This document shows, piece by piece, positions 38,857 to 48,198 of a stretch of DNA of 64,000 bases. This DNA comes from a virus. The number at the start of each line of letters is the position of its first letter. The stretch's first letter is position 1. The notes under the pieces are model-generated. The model searched no databases and had not been told where the DNA came from. It worked only from the letters and a program-made list of their open reading frames with translations. The translations under genes and the position numbers were made by a program. Location of the stretch: the IMG/VR virus record IMGVR_UViG_3300048609_000070, one strand, 5' to 3'.

Positions 38857-39540
38857 ATGAAAAAGGGCATTATTCCTACGTTCTTTTTATTTGTATTTTC
38901 TGACCTTATTCTTATTTTATTGGGTCTTACCATCTATTTCCGTGTCTCAGGATTTAGCCATATTGTCTGGGTCTCTTGTTTAGGCGTTCTTTTGGCGGCA
39001 ATTTTTTCAGCTTTTTATTTTTTTATTGTCGAGTATAACCGTCCCCCGTTATTTATAGACCATACGTTCAATATTGGCGTATGGGCTGACGATATTCTAG
39101 AACTAAACAAATCCGAAGTCAGAAATGAGTTTAGCTTTTGTATCAAGTTTTTTATCGAGAATTTTCCAAACTTATTAGAAGCTTCTTACGCAAGATCTGT
39201 GTTGGAAACTATCGTTACACCGGCAGTTCTTCAAGATGCTCTCAGTGGACTAAAATTAGAATGGAAAAGAAGATCGGTCAGCTTTCATGGCTGGGGAATG
39301 TACGTTACCGAAAAAACTGGATGCTACGATAATAAGTTTATTTTATTAACATGGCCGGGACAAGTTTCAAAGAGCGATATCTTTCATATGCTGGGACATC
39401 TTGTAGACCATTTGATTCTGGATAAAAATCCGGACAGGCACCATTTTGATACCCGCTGGTGGAGCCTACTGGAGATATTGCGAGACCGAGCTGAGGCTGC
39501 TTGGGAAAAGGTTCTCCCACGGACGTCGTTATCGGCATAG
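38857..39540 (+). CDS. hypothetical membrane protein
   Basis: 227 aa. Two N-terminal TM helices. Confidence 0.45.
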   Translation: MKKGIIPTFFLFVFSDLILILLGLTIYFRVSGFSHIVWVSCLGVLLAAIFSAFYFFIVEYNRPPLFIDHTFNIGVWADDILELNKSEVRNEFSFCIKFFIENFPNLLEASYARSVLETIVTPAVLQDALSGLKLEWKRRSVSFHGWGMYVTEKTGCYDNKFILLTWPGQVSKSDIFHMLGHLVDHLILDKNPDRHHFDTRWWSLLEILRDRAEAAWEKVLPRTSLSA

Positions 39541-41390
39541 GGGCTGACGGGTTCATCCCGTCAGTCCCCTGCCACACCACCGGACATGCGGGTCCGCATC
39601 CGGCGGTTCGGTAGGTTGAGGTTATGCCGCAAGCCTCGGTACTCCTTGTCGGTCGTAGTAGCTCGTCGGCAGCGCAGTGTTCAACAGCTTCGCGGAATTG
39701 CACCACCAGCGGCGTGAGTTCGCGGCCACCCGCCGGGCGGCCTGGTCATTCGCTCCAAGCCGCTTCATCTCCCGGTAGATGGTCTTCCCTCGTATCCACT
39801 GTTTGAGCTGTATCATCCGCAGACGATGGCGTATCCATTCGTCGAGATTCATGAAGATGCCAGGCGTCTCGGCCAGGCGGAAATACCCTTTCCACCCAAG
39901 CAGGTAAGCCCGTAGCTCCGCGAACACCCGATTCATGCTCCGCCCTCGACTCCGGGTCGTGATGTCCCGGACCCGCTGCTTCATCGCTTCAAGGGCTTTT
40001 GGCGCCACGCGCCGCCGGACGACCTTTCCCGGGGCTACCCAGAAGCTGTACCCCAGGAACTTCCTTTCCCACGGTCGTGCCACCGCGCTCTTCATCTCGT
40101 TGACTCGCAGCCGTAGTCGCGCGTACAAGTCCCGAAGGGCCCGCATCACACGCTCGCCAGCTCGCTGCGACCCAACGTACACGTTGCAGTCATCAGCGTA
40201 GCGGACAAACGCATGCCCACGCTTCTCCAGCTCCTTATCCACTTCGTCGAGGAGCACGTTCGCCAACAGCGGTGAGAGAGGGCCGCCCTGCGGCGTCCCC
40301 TCGTACCGCTCCGTTGCCACCCCTCCCGCCATGATGCCGGCTTCGAGGTAGCGCCGGATGAGCCCCAGCATCCGCCTGTCTCCAATGCGCTTCTCCAGCC
40401 TCCCCATCAGCACGTCGTGGTTGACCCGGTCGAAGAACCGCTCCAGGTCCACGTCCACCACCACCCGCCTCCCTTCCTGGACATACCGCTGCGCTTCGCA
40501 GACCGCGTCGTGTGCGCTATGCCCGGGCCGAAAGCCGTGGCTGTGCTTCGAGAAGGTCGGGTCGAACATCGGTTGCAGGACCTGCAGGATGCTCTGCTGG
40601 ATGAACCGGTCGAGCACGGTTGGGATGCCAAGCTTTCGCACCCCGCCCCCGCTCTTCGGTATCTCCGCTTCCCGCACCGGTTTCGGCTGGTAGGTGCCTT
40701 CGAGCAGCTGCGCTCGAGTCGCCTCCCAGTGTTCAATCAGGTGCTTCGGCAGCTCGTCGACGGTCATCCCGTCCACACCGGGGCTGCCCTTGTTCTGCCG
40801 TACCCGCTTCAACGCCGCCTTGGCATTGCCGCGCTCGACCACCCGTTCCATCAGGTGGTCGATTCCTGAGCGCTCATCTCCGTTCGCCGCCGTCGGGGTT
40901 TCGCCGCTCCGTTGGGCCCTCGGGGCTTCACCCCTGCCTCCCAGCGGTAGCTCCAGCTGATTGGACTTCTGGCGCCTGACCCTTCCGAGACTCACGGTTG
41001 CCTCGCTCTCCCTTCCGTTCGGCCCTTCGCCGTTGCCGGCTACTATGGCCTCTGCTGACTTCTCGGTCCGGCTTTGTGCCGTCGCCCTTTCAGGCGTGGG
41101 CCGAGATCTCCTCAGGTAAGGGTTCATGGACTTCGCCGCACAGCCGCCGGATTTACGTCGTCTGACTCTTGGTCGCGAGGGCTTCGCGGTCCTTTGCCCG
41201 CTCGCCCTTGTCGACGCCGCCTTGTATCCGGTTCTTGTTCATCGGCTCGCGGCTTCACTACCCGCTTCTTTCAGCGCCGGCCTCGCGGCCGGACCGGTCT
41301 CCCGGCTTGCCGCCTTGCGGTTCGTGTGGGTCGCTGCGACCAACTCCCCAGGGGACTTTCACCCCCTGTCCATTCCCATGCTGAGCACAC
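39538..41390 (-). mobile_element. bacterial group II intron (about 1.85 kb); boundaries approximate
   Basis: 5' end GUGUGCUCAGCAUGG... at RC of about 41390. Domain V-like hairpin CCGCCGGATGCGGACCCGCATGTCCGGTGG and domain VI GGGGACTGACGGGATGAACCCGTCAGCCCC near 39541-39620. IEP in domain IV. GC about 62% against a flank of about 38%. Confidence 0.8.
39622..41127 (-). CDS. ltrA: group II intron-encoded reverse transcriptase/maturase
   Basis: 501 aa. RT motifs: GIPTVLDRFIQQS. GFRPG.SAHDA. YADD in FVRYADDCNVYVG. Maturase X domain. Confidence 0.9.
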   Translation of the reverse strand: MNPYLRRSRPTPERATAQSRTEKSAEAIVAGNGEGPNGRESEATVSLGRVRRQKSNQLELPLGGRGEAPRAQRSGETPTAANGDERSGIDHLMERVVERGNAKAALKRVRQNKGSPGVDGMTVDELPKHLIEHWEATRAQLLEGTYQPKPVREAEIPKSGGGVRKLGIPTVLDRFIQQSILQVLQPMFDPTFSKHSHGFRPGHSAHDAVCEAQRYVQEGRRVVVDVDLERFFDRVNHDVLMGRLEKRIGDRRMLGLIRRYLEAGIMAGGVATERYEGTPQGGPLSPLLANVLLDEVDKELEKRGHAFVRYADDCNVYVGSQRAGERVMRALRDLYARLRLRVNEMKSAVARPWERKFLGYSFWVAPGKVVRRRVAPKALEAMKQRVRDITTRSRGRSMNRVFAELRAYLLGWKGYFRLAETPGIFMNLDEWIRHRLRMIQLKQWIRGKTIYREMKRLGANDQAARRVAANSRRWWCNSAKLLNTALPTSYYDRQGVPRLAA

Positions 41391-41534
41391 AAAGAATTAG
41401 GGCCGGTCTGGCTAACCGGCCCTTTCCAGGCGCTGTGGCAACTTTTCTCGTTATGTTGCCCTACAGGATAGGCAAAGAGGATCTAGATGTCAAGAAGAAT
41501 TTTCTGAAAATTTTTTATTAGATCTTTCAATTAC

Positions 41535-41774
41535 TTACCAGTCAAAAGAATCAGATCGTGTGGAGTACCTGCTTTCTCCCCACGAAACAGATTTGGCGCA
41601 CCACACGTTGTATCTCGTGCAAGCTACTGAAGTTATTACTGCTTTTTCGTGTTTTTTTCTTGAACGTGAAGTGGGTTCGCATCCGTCCAATGCTCCAGTA
41701 CTTGAACGGGGAAATGCAAAGTAGAGCAGATCCGCGAGAACCCCACGTGCTTGTAAACACATCATATTTTTCAC
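41535..41774 (-). CDS. small Cys-containing protein, tandem paralog 1 (..ACTRY..CAKS.S.G.S.Y..RSDSFDW)
   Basis: 79 aa. Shares a conserved C-terminus with the adjacent 78 aa ORF despite diverged DNA. Confidence 0.4.
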   Translation of the reverse strand: MKNMMCLQARGVLADLLYFAFPRSSTGALDGCEPTSRSRKKHEKAVITSVACTRYNVWCAKSVSWGESRYSTRSDSFDW

Positions 41775-42007
41775 CAGTCAAAGGAATCAGACCGAGAGAA
41801 ATAACCGCTTTTCCCCCGAGAGCCAGACTTTGCACAATGTATCTCGTATTTTGTACAAGCTCCTGAATATCTTATAGATTTTTCTTGTTGTTTTCTTGAA
41901 AACGACTTGATTCCTGAAAGTGTTTGTGAAAACAATGAATTAGCGCGTTGTTGTGTACGTGAATGGGAAGATCCAAGGTAGATAAAATTTGATTGTAAAT
42001 ACCGCAC
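41771..42007 (-). CDS. small Cys-containing protein, tandem paralog 2
   Basis: 78 aa. The about 236-bp repeat unit is duplicated in tandem. Confidence 0.4.
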   Translation of the reverse strand: MRYLQSNFIYLGSSHSRTQQRANSLFSQTLSGIKSFSRKQQEKSIRYSGACTKYEIHCAKSGSRGKSGYFSRSDSFDW

Positions 42008-42018
42008 GTTACTCTCCT

Positions 42019-42056
42019 AAAAAAGAAGGCCGTTCTTGATGTCAGAAACGGCCTTC
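42019..42056 (-). terminator. rho-independent terminator (minus strand)
   Basis: GAAGGCCGTT...AACGGCCTTC stem followed on the minus strand by U6 (plus-strand A6 at 42019-42024). Lies 3' of 42078..42503. Confidence 0.6.
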
Positions 42057-42077
42057 TACGCGGGATAGCAGATCGTC

Positions 42078-42503
42078 CTACTTCGGCTCCAGCGGGAGCT
42101 CGTGACGCCATTCCAGCCAGTCACAGATGGACTCTAGCGAAACCCGGACGACTGCCTCGGGGGGATACGGTTCGACCTCGCGGAACTCGCCGTCCCGGAG
42201 GGAGGAGTGAAACCGCCCGGTGTCCGCAATCCAGGCAGCTTGAGTCAGATACACCGTTTTCTCGTCCAGGCCAACAACCTTTCCTGTGTAGTAGTTGTTT
42301 ATGCCTCGGATGAAGTAGTTCTTTCCGATGTCAAAATTCATGAACGTCTCTGCCATGGTTGTTTCTCCTTGTGGGATTAATACTGCGTCTTTACAAAAAC
42401 TCCCGTGATTGGGGGTTTGGCTCCAAGGATTAGGATTATATTGTATTACAACTTCACGGTACTCCCAGCTACGTTTGTCCTTAGACATTTTTTCCATTCT
42501 CAA
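42078..42503 (-). CDS. hypothetical protein
   Basis: 141 aa ORF followed by a terminator. Confidence 0.45.
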   Translation of the reverse strand: MRMEKMSKDKRSWEYREVVIQYNPNPWSQTPNHGSFCKDAVLIPQGETTMAETFMNFDIGKNYFIRGINNYYTGKVVGLDEKTVYLTQAAWIADTGRFHSSLRDGEFREVEPYPPEAVVRVSLESICDWLEWRHELPLEPK

Positions 42504-42701
42504 AAAATATTGTAGGATGCTGGAAATGAGAATAAGAACGAAATACCAAATACATATATTTACTTAATTGTCCTGACTTATAAAAATATGAATTCCTTTT
42601 TGTTGCCGAAAAAGATTGTGTAAGTCGCATACCAGTTAGGCTAAATTTGCATGCCCAACGCATTGTTCTAGACATAGAGATTTGTTTTTTAGGTATTCTT
42701 A

Positions 42702-42908
42702 TCAATATTTTTCTCCAAGTAATTTCCAGGAGTAAGATCGATATTCTTTGTATCCATATCTATTTGTTTGCCTTGACCGTCCGCGTATACTATTGCTTGT
42801 TTCTGCATAGGATTGGGTCATTTCCTCGTAAGTTGCAGTATTTGCACAACTTGTGTTGGAACCAAACGCTCCCGAGTGTATTACTCGAAATTTAAGTATT
42901 TGTTTCAT
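42702..42908 (-). CDS. small protein, paralog 1 (..QSYAET...SWKLLGEK)
   Basis: 68 aa. Sits within an about 130-bp direct repeat shared with 43066-43180. Confidence 0.35.
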   Translation of the reverse strand: MKQILKFRVIHSGAFGSNTSCANTATYEEMTQSYAETSNSIRGRSRQTNRYGYKEYRSYSWKLLGEKY

Positions 42909-43077
42909 AGTTTAATTTTCGTAACATTCCTGCGTGGATAAAAGTGGCTGCGACTGAAAGAGACGTAGGATAAAGCCATATATGTATAGGACTGGTTATT
43001 TGGTATACAACTTATACTGTAGCTACATGTTCGCCGTTCTGTTTGTGACCTAGAAATTGGCCTTTTAGGTACTTTTA

Positions 43078-43299
43078 TCAAGATTTTTCTCCTGGTAATT
43101 TCCAAGAGTGTGATCTTCTACATCTATTTGCTTGGCTTGACCGAAATGGAAAACCGGGTCTTGTCTCTGCGTAGGATTGGTTAAGCTCTACGTAATATCC
43201 GGTCCTCGCAGAACTTATCGCATCGTTTCCTTTTTTCCATATTATGCTGGATAAAAGATCAGTGATGAAGGACCTCGATTTAGCAGGTTTGCACATCAT
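43078..43299 (-). CDS. small protein, paralog 2
   Basis: 73 aa. Conserved ..NQSYAET.....SWKLPGEK. Confidence 0.35.
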   Translation of the reverse strand: MMCKPAKSRSFITDLLSSIIWKKGNDAISSARTGYYVELNQSYAETRPGFPFRSSQANRCRRSHSWKLPGEKS

Positions 43300-43770
43300 T
43301 AAGCATTCTCAGCGCATTTAGTTTTTGACCAATGTGGATAAGATATTCCATGCGCTGCTCCTGTATGCTTAGAAGAATTATTCGTTGCATATGAATACGC
43401 TTGCCACACGTCTTTCTTACTAGCAGCTGAAAAAAAACAAGGAAAATCATCCCTTGTTCTACCATGGGAAAGGTCTCCGTAGAAAGCATTATTCTGTGAT
43501 TTGTTGCATAGATTCATTCTACACCCCAAAAATTTCTCTCCAAGTTATGCCCAATGGACTACGATACTTCCGTTCAGATCTAGAACGCTTGCTGTAAGTT
43601 GTCTTACTCCAACAAATCGAACTTTTGTATGCTACTGACTTCGGATGATAAAGGAACATTATTTATACCTTATTTGCAGGAATATTAAATACTCTTTTTG
43701 AAAAGTCATTCACATACCCTGCTATTTTTCCATCGTTGACATCCTCCCCGCCTTGAAAGACGGGGATTCC

Positions 43771-44811
43771 CTAGGCTAGGTTTGCTAGTGGCTTACCTAA
43801 CTTCAAAGGCGTTTGATGTCCCAAACGGAGTATGTTTTGAGCCGCATTAATATCGCGACTGTGAGTTTGCCCACAACTCTCACAAGTCCATACTCTTACG
43901 GAAAGGTCTGTCAGATCCTTCGGCCCCGACCTTTCCAGGCATTGACCACACGTTTGCGTAGTATATGCTTCGCTGACCAAGTGGAAGGCACCTTGCCGTC
44001 TACTGACCTTATATTCAAGGAGCCTTATCAGTCCTCGGTAAGCAGTATCATTGGTAGATTTACCACTTTGCAACTTCAAATCACCAACATAGATTTCTTG
44101 GTAAGTGCTGGCTAACTTGGTGGATATCTTATGGAGGTTATCCTGACGTTGACGCTGAACCTTACGAGCAAGATGCTTATGTTGCTTAGACTTTCTAAAC
44201 CGTTGGAGATTACCTAGCTTGACTACGCTTTTTCGAAAGCATTTAGGATTGTCAAAGACTTCTCCGTTAGAAGATACAGCAATACTGTTTAGTCCAAGGT
44301 CGATACCTACATGCACAGAGATTAGTGCTTTGGGTAGCAACTCAACCTCGCAAACCAATGTCAAATACCAATCTCCACAAGCATCTTCTACGAAGCTCCC
44401 TGTACATACTTTTCCTTCTAGTTCACGGGATTTGAAGAATTTGAACCAAGTACCATTGAACTTTACTTTATTATCTTTGACCTTGATAGAAATTGCCTTG
44501 AAAGGAATCCATCCTAAAGACTTCCTTGTGCGCCACTTTAGTTTACGACGGCATGTTTGTTTGCGAGATTTAGCATAAGTTTCATCGATTGCCTGTATAG
44601 TAGTAGCAGGTATCTTTAGAAGTTTACAGGAACCAGCAGTCAGGTTGTTCAAGTCAAATCCGGTTAGGAATTTATAGTGAGATTTAATCGCCTTACAGGA
44701 AGTTTCGTTGTCGTAGTTCCAGACAAAGTTAACTTTGGAAGCAGCTACGCGCAAGTGGCGCAGCTTGGAACGCGAAAGTTTGAACTTGTAAGTCGTATAC
44801 ATAACGTTCAC
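43771..44811 (-). CDS. tnpB: IS200/IS605-family TnpB homolog with non-canonical RuvC-II (GDL in place of EDL)
   Basis: 346 aa. RuvC-I VGIDLGL. RuvC-II position reads EIYVGDLKL. Zn finger CGQC...CESCG. RuvC-III SRDINAAQNIL. Hairpin CCCCGCCTTGAAAGACGGGG about 20 bp downstream of the stop. Confidence 0.8.
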   Translation of the reverse strand: MNVMYTTYKFKLSRSKLRHLRVAASKVNFVWNYDNETSCKAIKSHYKFLTGFDLNNLTAGSCKLLKIPATTIQAIDETYAKSRKQTCRRKLKWRTRKSLGWIPFKAISIKVKDNKVKFNGTWFKFFKSRELEGKVCTGSFVEDACGDWYLTLVCEVELLPKALISVHVGIDLGLNSIAVSSNGEVFDNPKCFRKSVVKLGNLQRFRKSKQHKHLARKVQRQRQDNLHKISTKLASTYQEIYVGDLKLQSGKSTNDTAYRGLIRLLEYKVSRRQGAFHLVSEAYTTQTCGQCLERSGPKDLTDLSVRVWTCESCGQTHSRDINAAQNILRLGHQTPLKLGKPLANLA

Positions 44812-45137
44812 TATATGTGGAGAAGCAAGTTATGTCAAGCAACAAAATTCATCCCCTACCTGAAGGAAGGGGGGTTTTCTTTTGAGGAGTAGGATAAAGT
44901 AACATTATTTACACTGGTCCTTTCCCGTAACTTTTCCAATTGATAGATCTTTTAGATCCTGCAAAGGAACAATTTTTGAACGTATATGGAGTTTTCGTAT
45001 GGGTTCTAGACGACGAATACCGCTGAAAGATAGGTCCGCACCGTCCATAAGAGCAATAAACTTCTCCACACAACGACCGATGCGCCCATGTAAATAGCGC
45101 AAGCTCCGCCATACTTTCTTTTGTTGTGCCGTAGAAT

Positions 45138-45557
45138 TTACATTTTCGAGTTTTCATGCGGATCTTTTATTTCGTAAAAAAATTTCCCAATTTGAGTCCA
45201 AAAACGGTTGCAGGTTTTACATTGCTGTTCTGCAAGAGTACACGTACAGATCGTTGCTGTATGTCCACATGGTGTAATCAATAGTTTAGGTCCTTTTAGA
45301 ACTCCGTATGTTGGCTTTCCAACTATTTTTAGTCTTTTTCCAAATTTTACGATCTCTGTTTTTTGTTCTGTAGCAGCTAAAGTTACTTGAAGCGTATTTT
45401 TTGTTATCCCTTCTAATATCCCTTTAGTCAGTCTATCCGCTACATAAAATACCGTCGTTTTTCTGCTAAGATCGTACACACGCCAAACATTACAATCTTG
45501 GCTCCATGCAAATTCTCGTGCATCCTCAAGTTCAAACTCTGTGTACCAGCGTCCCAT
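45138..45557 (-). CDS. hypothetical protein
   Basis: 139 aa ORF. Confidence 0.35.
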   Translation of the reverse strand: MGRWYTEFELEDAREFAWSQDCNVWRVYDLSRKTTVFYVADRLTKGILEGITKNTLQVTLAATEQKTEIVKFGKRLKIVGKPTYGVLKGPKLLITPCGHTATICTCTLAEQQCKTCNRFWTQIGKFFYEIKDPHENSKM

Positions 45558-46235
45558 TTATTTCCAAATATGCTGTAGGATTTGGTCACGAACTTCTTCT
45601 TTTGTTTGTTTCCCATTTATACTAATTAATGGACGCATCAAAAAAGGTGCAAAGTTAGCCAATTTTTGTGAGTCCTCGTGACAAAGCGGGTTGTCTTTAT
45701 ATTCATGCAAAATTACAGAAAGTATTGTATAGCCTTCTACAATCTTAGTAATAGATTCTTTTTTTTCAAAGATATCTCGATCACTGTCCCTAGAATTTAA
45801 ACGATTCAAAGCAGTCTCTTCATCCACGTTCAGAATGAATATCATGTCCGGTGGCAAAATATATTTATTTACCTGTAATAAAAAGCTAAGATCAACTCCG
45901 CTCAAAAAATGTTGATAAACTATGCTTGAATACACATATCGATCACATACAACCCATGTCCCAGCTGCCAAGATAGGTTTCAACTTCTCGATATGATTAT
46001 AGCGATCTGCTGCAAATAGGCAAGTAAAACCTTTAGCATCTGGGGGATTTTTGGCGGAAAGGAACTGCCGTATGAGCCTTCCAATGGGGTATTCAGTAGG
46101 TTCAGCTGAAAGAACGGTAGGAATACCGTTCTTGACTAGCGCGTCTGTGACGAGACTCGCCTGTGTTGTTGTTCCAGATCCGTCGCAGCCTTCAATAACG
46201 ATGAATTTACCCTGCATGATTACTTGCCCTTGCAT
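45558..46235 (-). CDS. tmk: dTMP (thymidylate) kinase
   Basis: P-loop FIVIEGCDGSGTTTQ. LSAEPTEYPIGRLIRQFL. DRY motif. Probable start at the second Met (MQGKF). Confidence 0.8.
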   Translation of the reverse strand: MQGQVIMQGKFIVIEGCDGSGTTTQASLVTDALVKNGIPTVLSAEPTEYPIGRLIRQFLSAKNPPDAKGFTCLFAADRYNHIEKLKPILAAGTWVVCDRYVYSSIVYQHFLSGVDLSFLLQVNKYILPPDMIFILNVDEETALNRLNSRDSDRDIFEKKESITKIVEGYTILSVILHEYKDNPLCHEDSQKLANFAPFLMRPLISINGKQTKEEVRDQILQHIWK

Positions 46236-46507
46236 TCAACTAATTTCTGATCTTTGTTTAGCATTGGAAGAACAGAAAATTTATGATGATTCCACGATGA
46301 CGTGAAAATGTAATAATAAAATCCGTCTAAGCATATTTTGTATATTTTTTTGTCAATAATCTTTACTTCTCCGACAGCTACCGTGGGAATAGATCTTATT
46401 TCTTCTGTATGTGCTATTTTGTTGTAGAAAAATTTCCAAGGAAATAGTAACGAAGCTACAACAATTATAATTACAAAAATTAAGTAAATAAAACCTTTCA
46501 AAAGCAT
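46220..46507 (-). CDS. hypothetical small membrane protein
   Basis: 95 aa with a TM segment. Confidence 0.3.
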   Translation of the reverse strand: MLLKGFIYLIFVIIIVVASLLFPWKFFYNKIAHTEEIRSIPTVAVGEVKIIDKKIYKICLDGFYYYIFTSSWNHHKFSVLPMLNKDQKLVECKGK

Positions 46508-46590
46508 AGCAACGACCTCCGTTTTTCTCTCTAGATATAGATTATAGCAGTCTGCGGAAAAAAGGCAAGGGAAAATTTTTCTAAAGTTAC

Positions 46591-46968
46591 CTATACCAAC
46601 GCGCTAATGAACGTCCACGCACTTGACCCGGGTGGTGCTTGCATGTCTTTTCTACCGCGCGATTTCGCGAGCTGCTTACCAAGTAGCCCATCCAGTTCCT
46701 CGCCTGTTGGAAAGCGCCAGCTACATGTATAAATACCGATACTGCCCGGGTCGTCTGGATCGTTGAGAAGCTCCAATTCTGCAACCCACAGACCGCCAGC
46801 CTTTGGGGGCTGGACTGCATACTCGTTAAGCCAGCTCGCGATGGCATCTTCACCTTGCTCCTTGATAATGATTCGTGCCCTGGCTGTTGACGCTAACGGA
46901 ATGCACGTTCCGTAACTGATGCAACCGTGTTTTCCGTCACCAACCATCGCGAATAAGATTTTTTCCAC
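46591..46968 (-). CDS. hypothetical protein (GC-richer segment)
   Basis: 125 aa ORF. Confidence 0.35.
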   Translation of the reverse strand: MEKILFAMVGDGKHGCISYGTCIPLASTARARIIIKEQGEDAIASWLNEYAVQPPKAGGLWVAELELLNDPDDPGSIGIYTCSWRFPTGEELDGLLGKQLAKSRGRKDMQAPPGSSAWTFISALV

Positions 46969-47043
46969 GGCATTCTCCCGATGGCATAAGACATGTGAAG
47001 TGTAGAAATAGGCAGGATGTTGAGGACTGCGTTCAAGAAAGAG

Positions 47044-47292
47044 TTACTTCGGTCCAAAGACTTTCAGCACGAAGGGGACTCTTTTCTTGGTATCCGCATT
47101 CATGCACTTTTTGTGGATATCCTCCAAATGCGCCTTCATCGCAGCGAGTTCGGGGTCAGAGAGCCCAAGCTTGCTCGCAATCCTGCACAGATTGACGAGT
47201 CTCTCACCTGTAGCGAAAATCTTCTCCGCAATCTCTTCCTTCTTCTGATCTGGGGTCTTCCGCTGTCTCGTTTTTTTCTCTGGTTCGGTCAT
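47044..47292 (-). CDS. hypothetical small protein
   Basis: 82 aa. Preceded by a promoter at 47323-47350. Confidence 0.35.
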   Translation of the reverse strand: MTEPEKKTRQRKTPDQKKEEIAEKIFATGERLVNLCRIASKLGLSDPELAAMKAHLEDIHKKCMNADTKKRVPFVLKVFGPK

Positions 47293-47322
47293 TTTTTTCG
47301 TCTCCTTTGCCGTTGTCGAGAA

Positions 47323-47350
47323 TCCTAGCTTTGGGGCTCTTCCCTGTCAA
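47323..47350 (-). promoter_or_regulatory. sigma70 promoter (minus strand): TTGACA-16nt-TAGGAT
   Basis: RC reads AAAAATTTTTCTTGACAGGGAAGAGCCCCAAAGCTAGGAT. Same AT-rich UP element family as the other promoters. Confidence 0.5.
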
Positions 47351-47359
47351 GAAAAATTT

Positions 47360-47674
47360 TTAGGGCCAGACAATTTGAGCAAGCTTGTTGATCTCTCGCT
47401 TAGCCTCCTTTATACTTTCTTTTGGGAACTTCCGAAAAGAAAAATTTTCAAGATAGTCAAAATTTCGGATCGTTTCCTTTTGGAGCTTTTTTTTGTACTT
47501 CTTATTCCTTTTTAGAAAACCGAGCATAGATTGTCTTGCCCGGTTAATATCTGTTCCATCCAAAAAGTTTAGGATGAACACGAGCGACTGCAATTTTACG
47601 AGTTCCCACTGTGGCACGTATTTTTGTTCCTGCAGGATCGGTTGTTGCACTGAAAATTTTTTCCTCCGTGACAT
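47360..47674 (-). CDS. hypothetical protein
   Basis: 104 aa ORF. Confidence 0.35.
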   Translation of the reverse strand: MSRRKKFSVQQPILQEQKYVPQWELVKLQSLVFILNFLDGTDINRARQSMLGFLKRNKKYKKKLQKETIRNFDYLENFSFRKFPKESIKEAKREINKLAQIVWP

Positions 47675-48198
47675 CAGTTGCGCCTCTCGATTTCGGCGAT
47701 TTCTTCATCTGTGAATGGAAAGCATCCTGGAAATAAGATCTCAAGAGCTCCATCCAGGATCCGCAAGAAGGAGTAATGCGATCTCGACTCTGGAACGTAG
47801 AAATCGTTATATGCTAGAACCTTCTTGATTCGCTCCCACGAAAACTCACGCATTCCCCCCGCGCCTGTCAGGATGCAATCCAAGATGTCCAATCGGAGTT
47901 TACCTTCTTGTGTTTCCCAGTCTTCTGACGTTGCCAAGTTCCACGCTTCCTTTACCTGTCCTGGTCCTGCGGCTTTGAAGATTCTACGAATCCTTATAGG
48001 ATCTGTGTATTTCGATCGAAGGAATTCATACTGCTCTCTTGCGAAATGTTTTTTTTGCTCTGCGTCCTTGATCGATGCGTCATCTGTGTAAATAGGAATT
48101 TCGTCGTCCATTAAAACTGCAGCTGTCATGGTAGTAACCCCTTCTTGAAACGGTTTGTGATGTCCTTGACTACAATTTCTAAACCATCTTCTAGACAC
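47674..48198 (-). CDS. hypothetical protein
   Basis: 174 aa ORF. Confidence 0.4.
   Translation of the reverse strand: MSRRWFRNCSQGHHKPFQEGVTTMTAAVLMDDEIPIYTDDASIKDAEQKKHFAREQYEFLRSKYTDPIRIRRIFKAAGPGQVKEAWNLATSEDWETQEGKLRLDILDCILTGAGGMREFSWERIKKVLAYNDFYVPESRSHYSFLRILDGALEILFPGCFPFTDEEIAEIERRN

Noticed and set aside
39624-41521. Multiple plus-strand ORFs (40417..40869, 40620..40979, 41126..41521 etc.) inside the group II intron
   Set aside because: High GC lowers stop frequency. They are antisense to the well-supported RT/maturase and lie within intron RNA domains.
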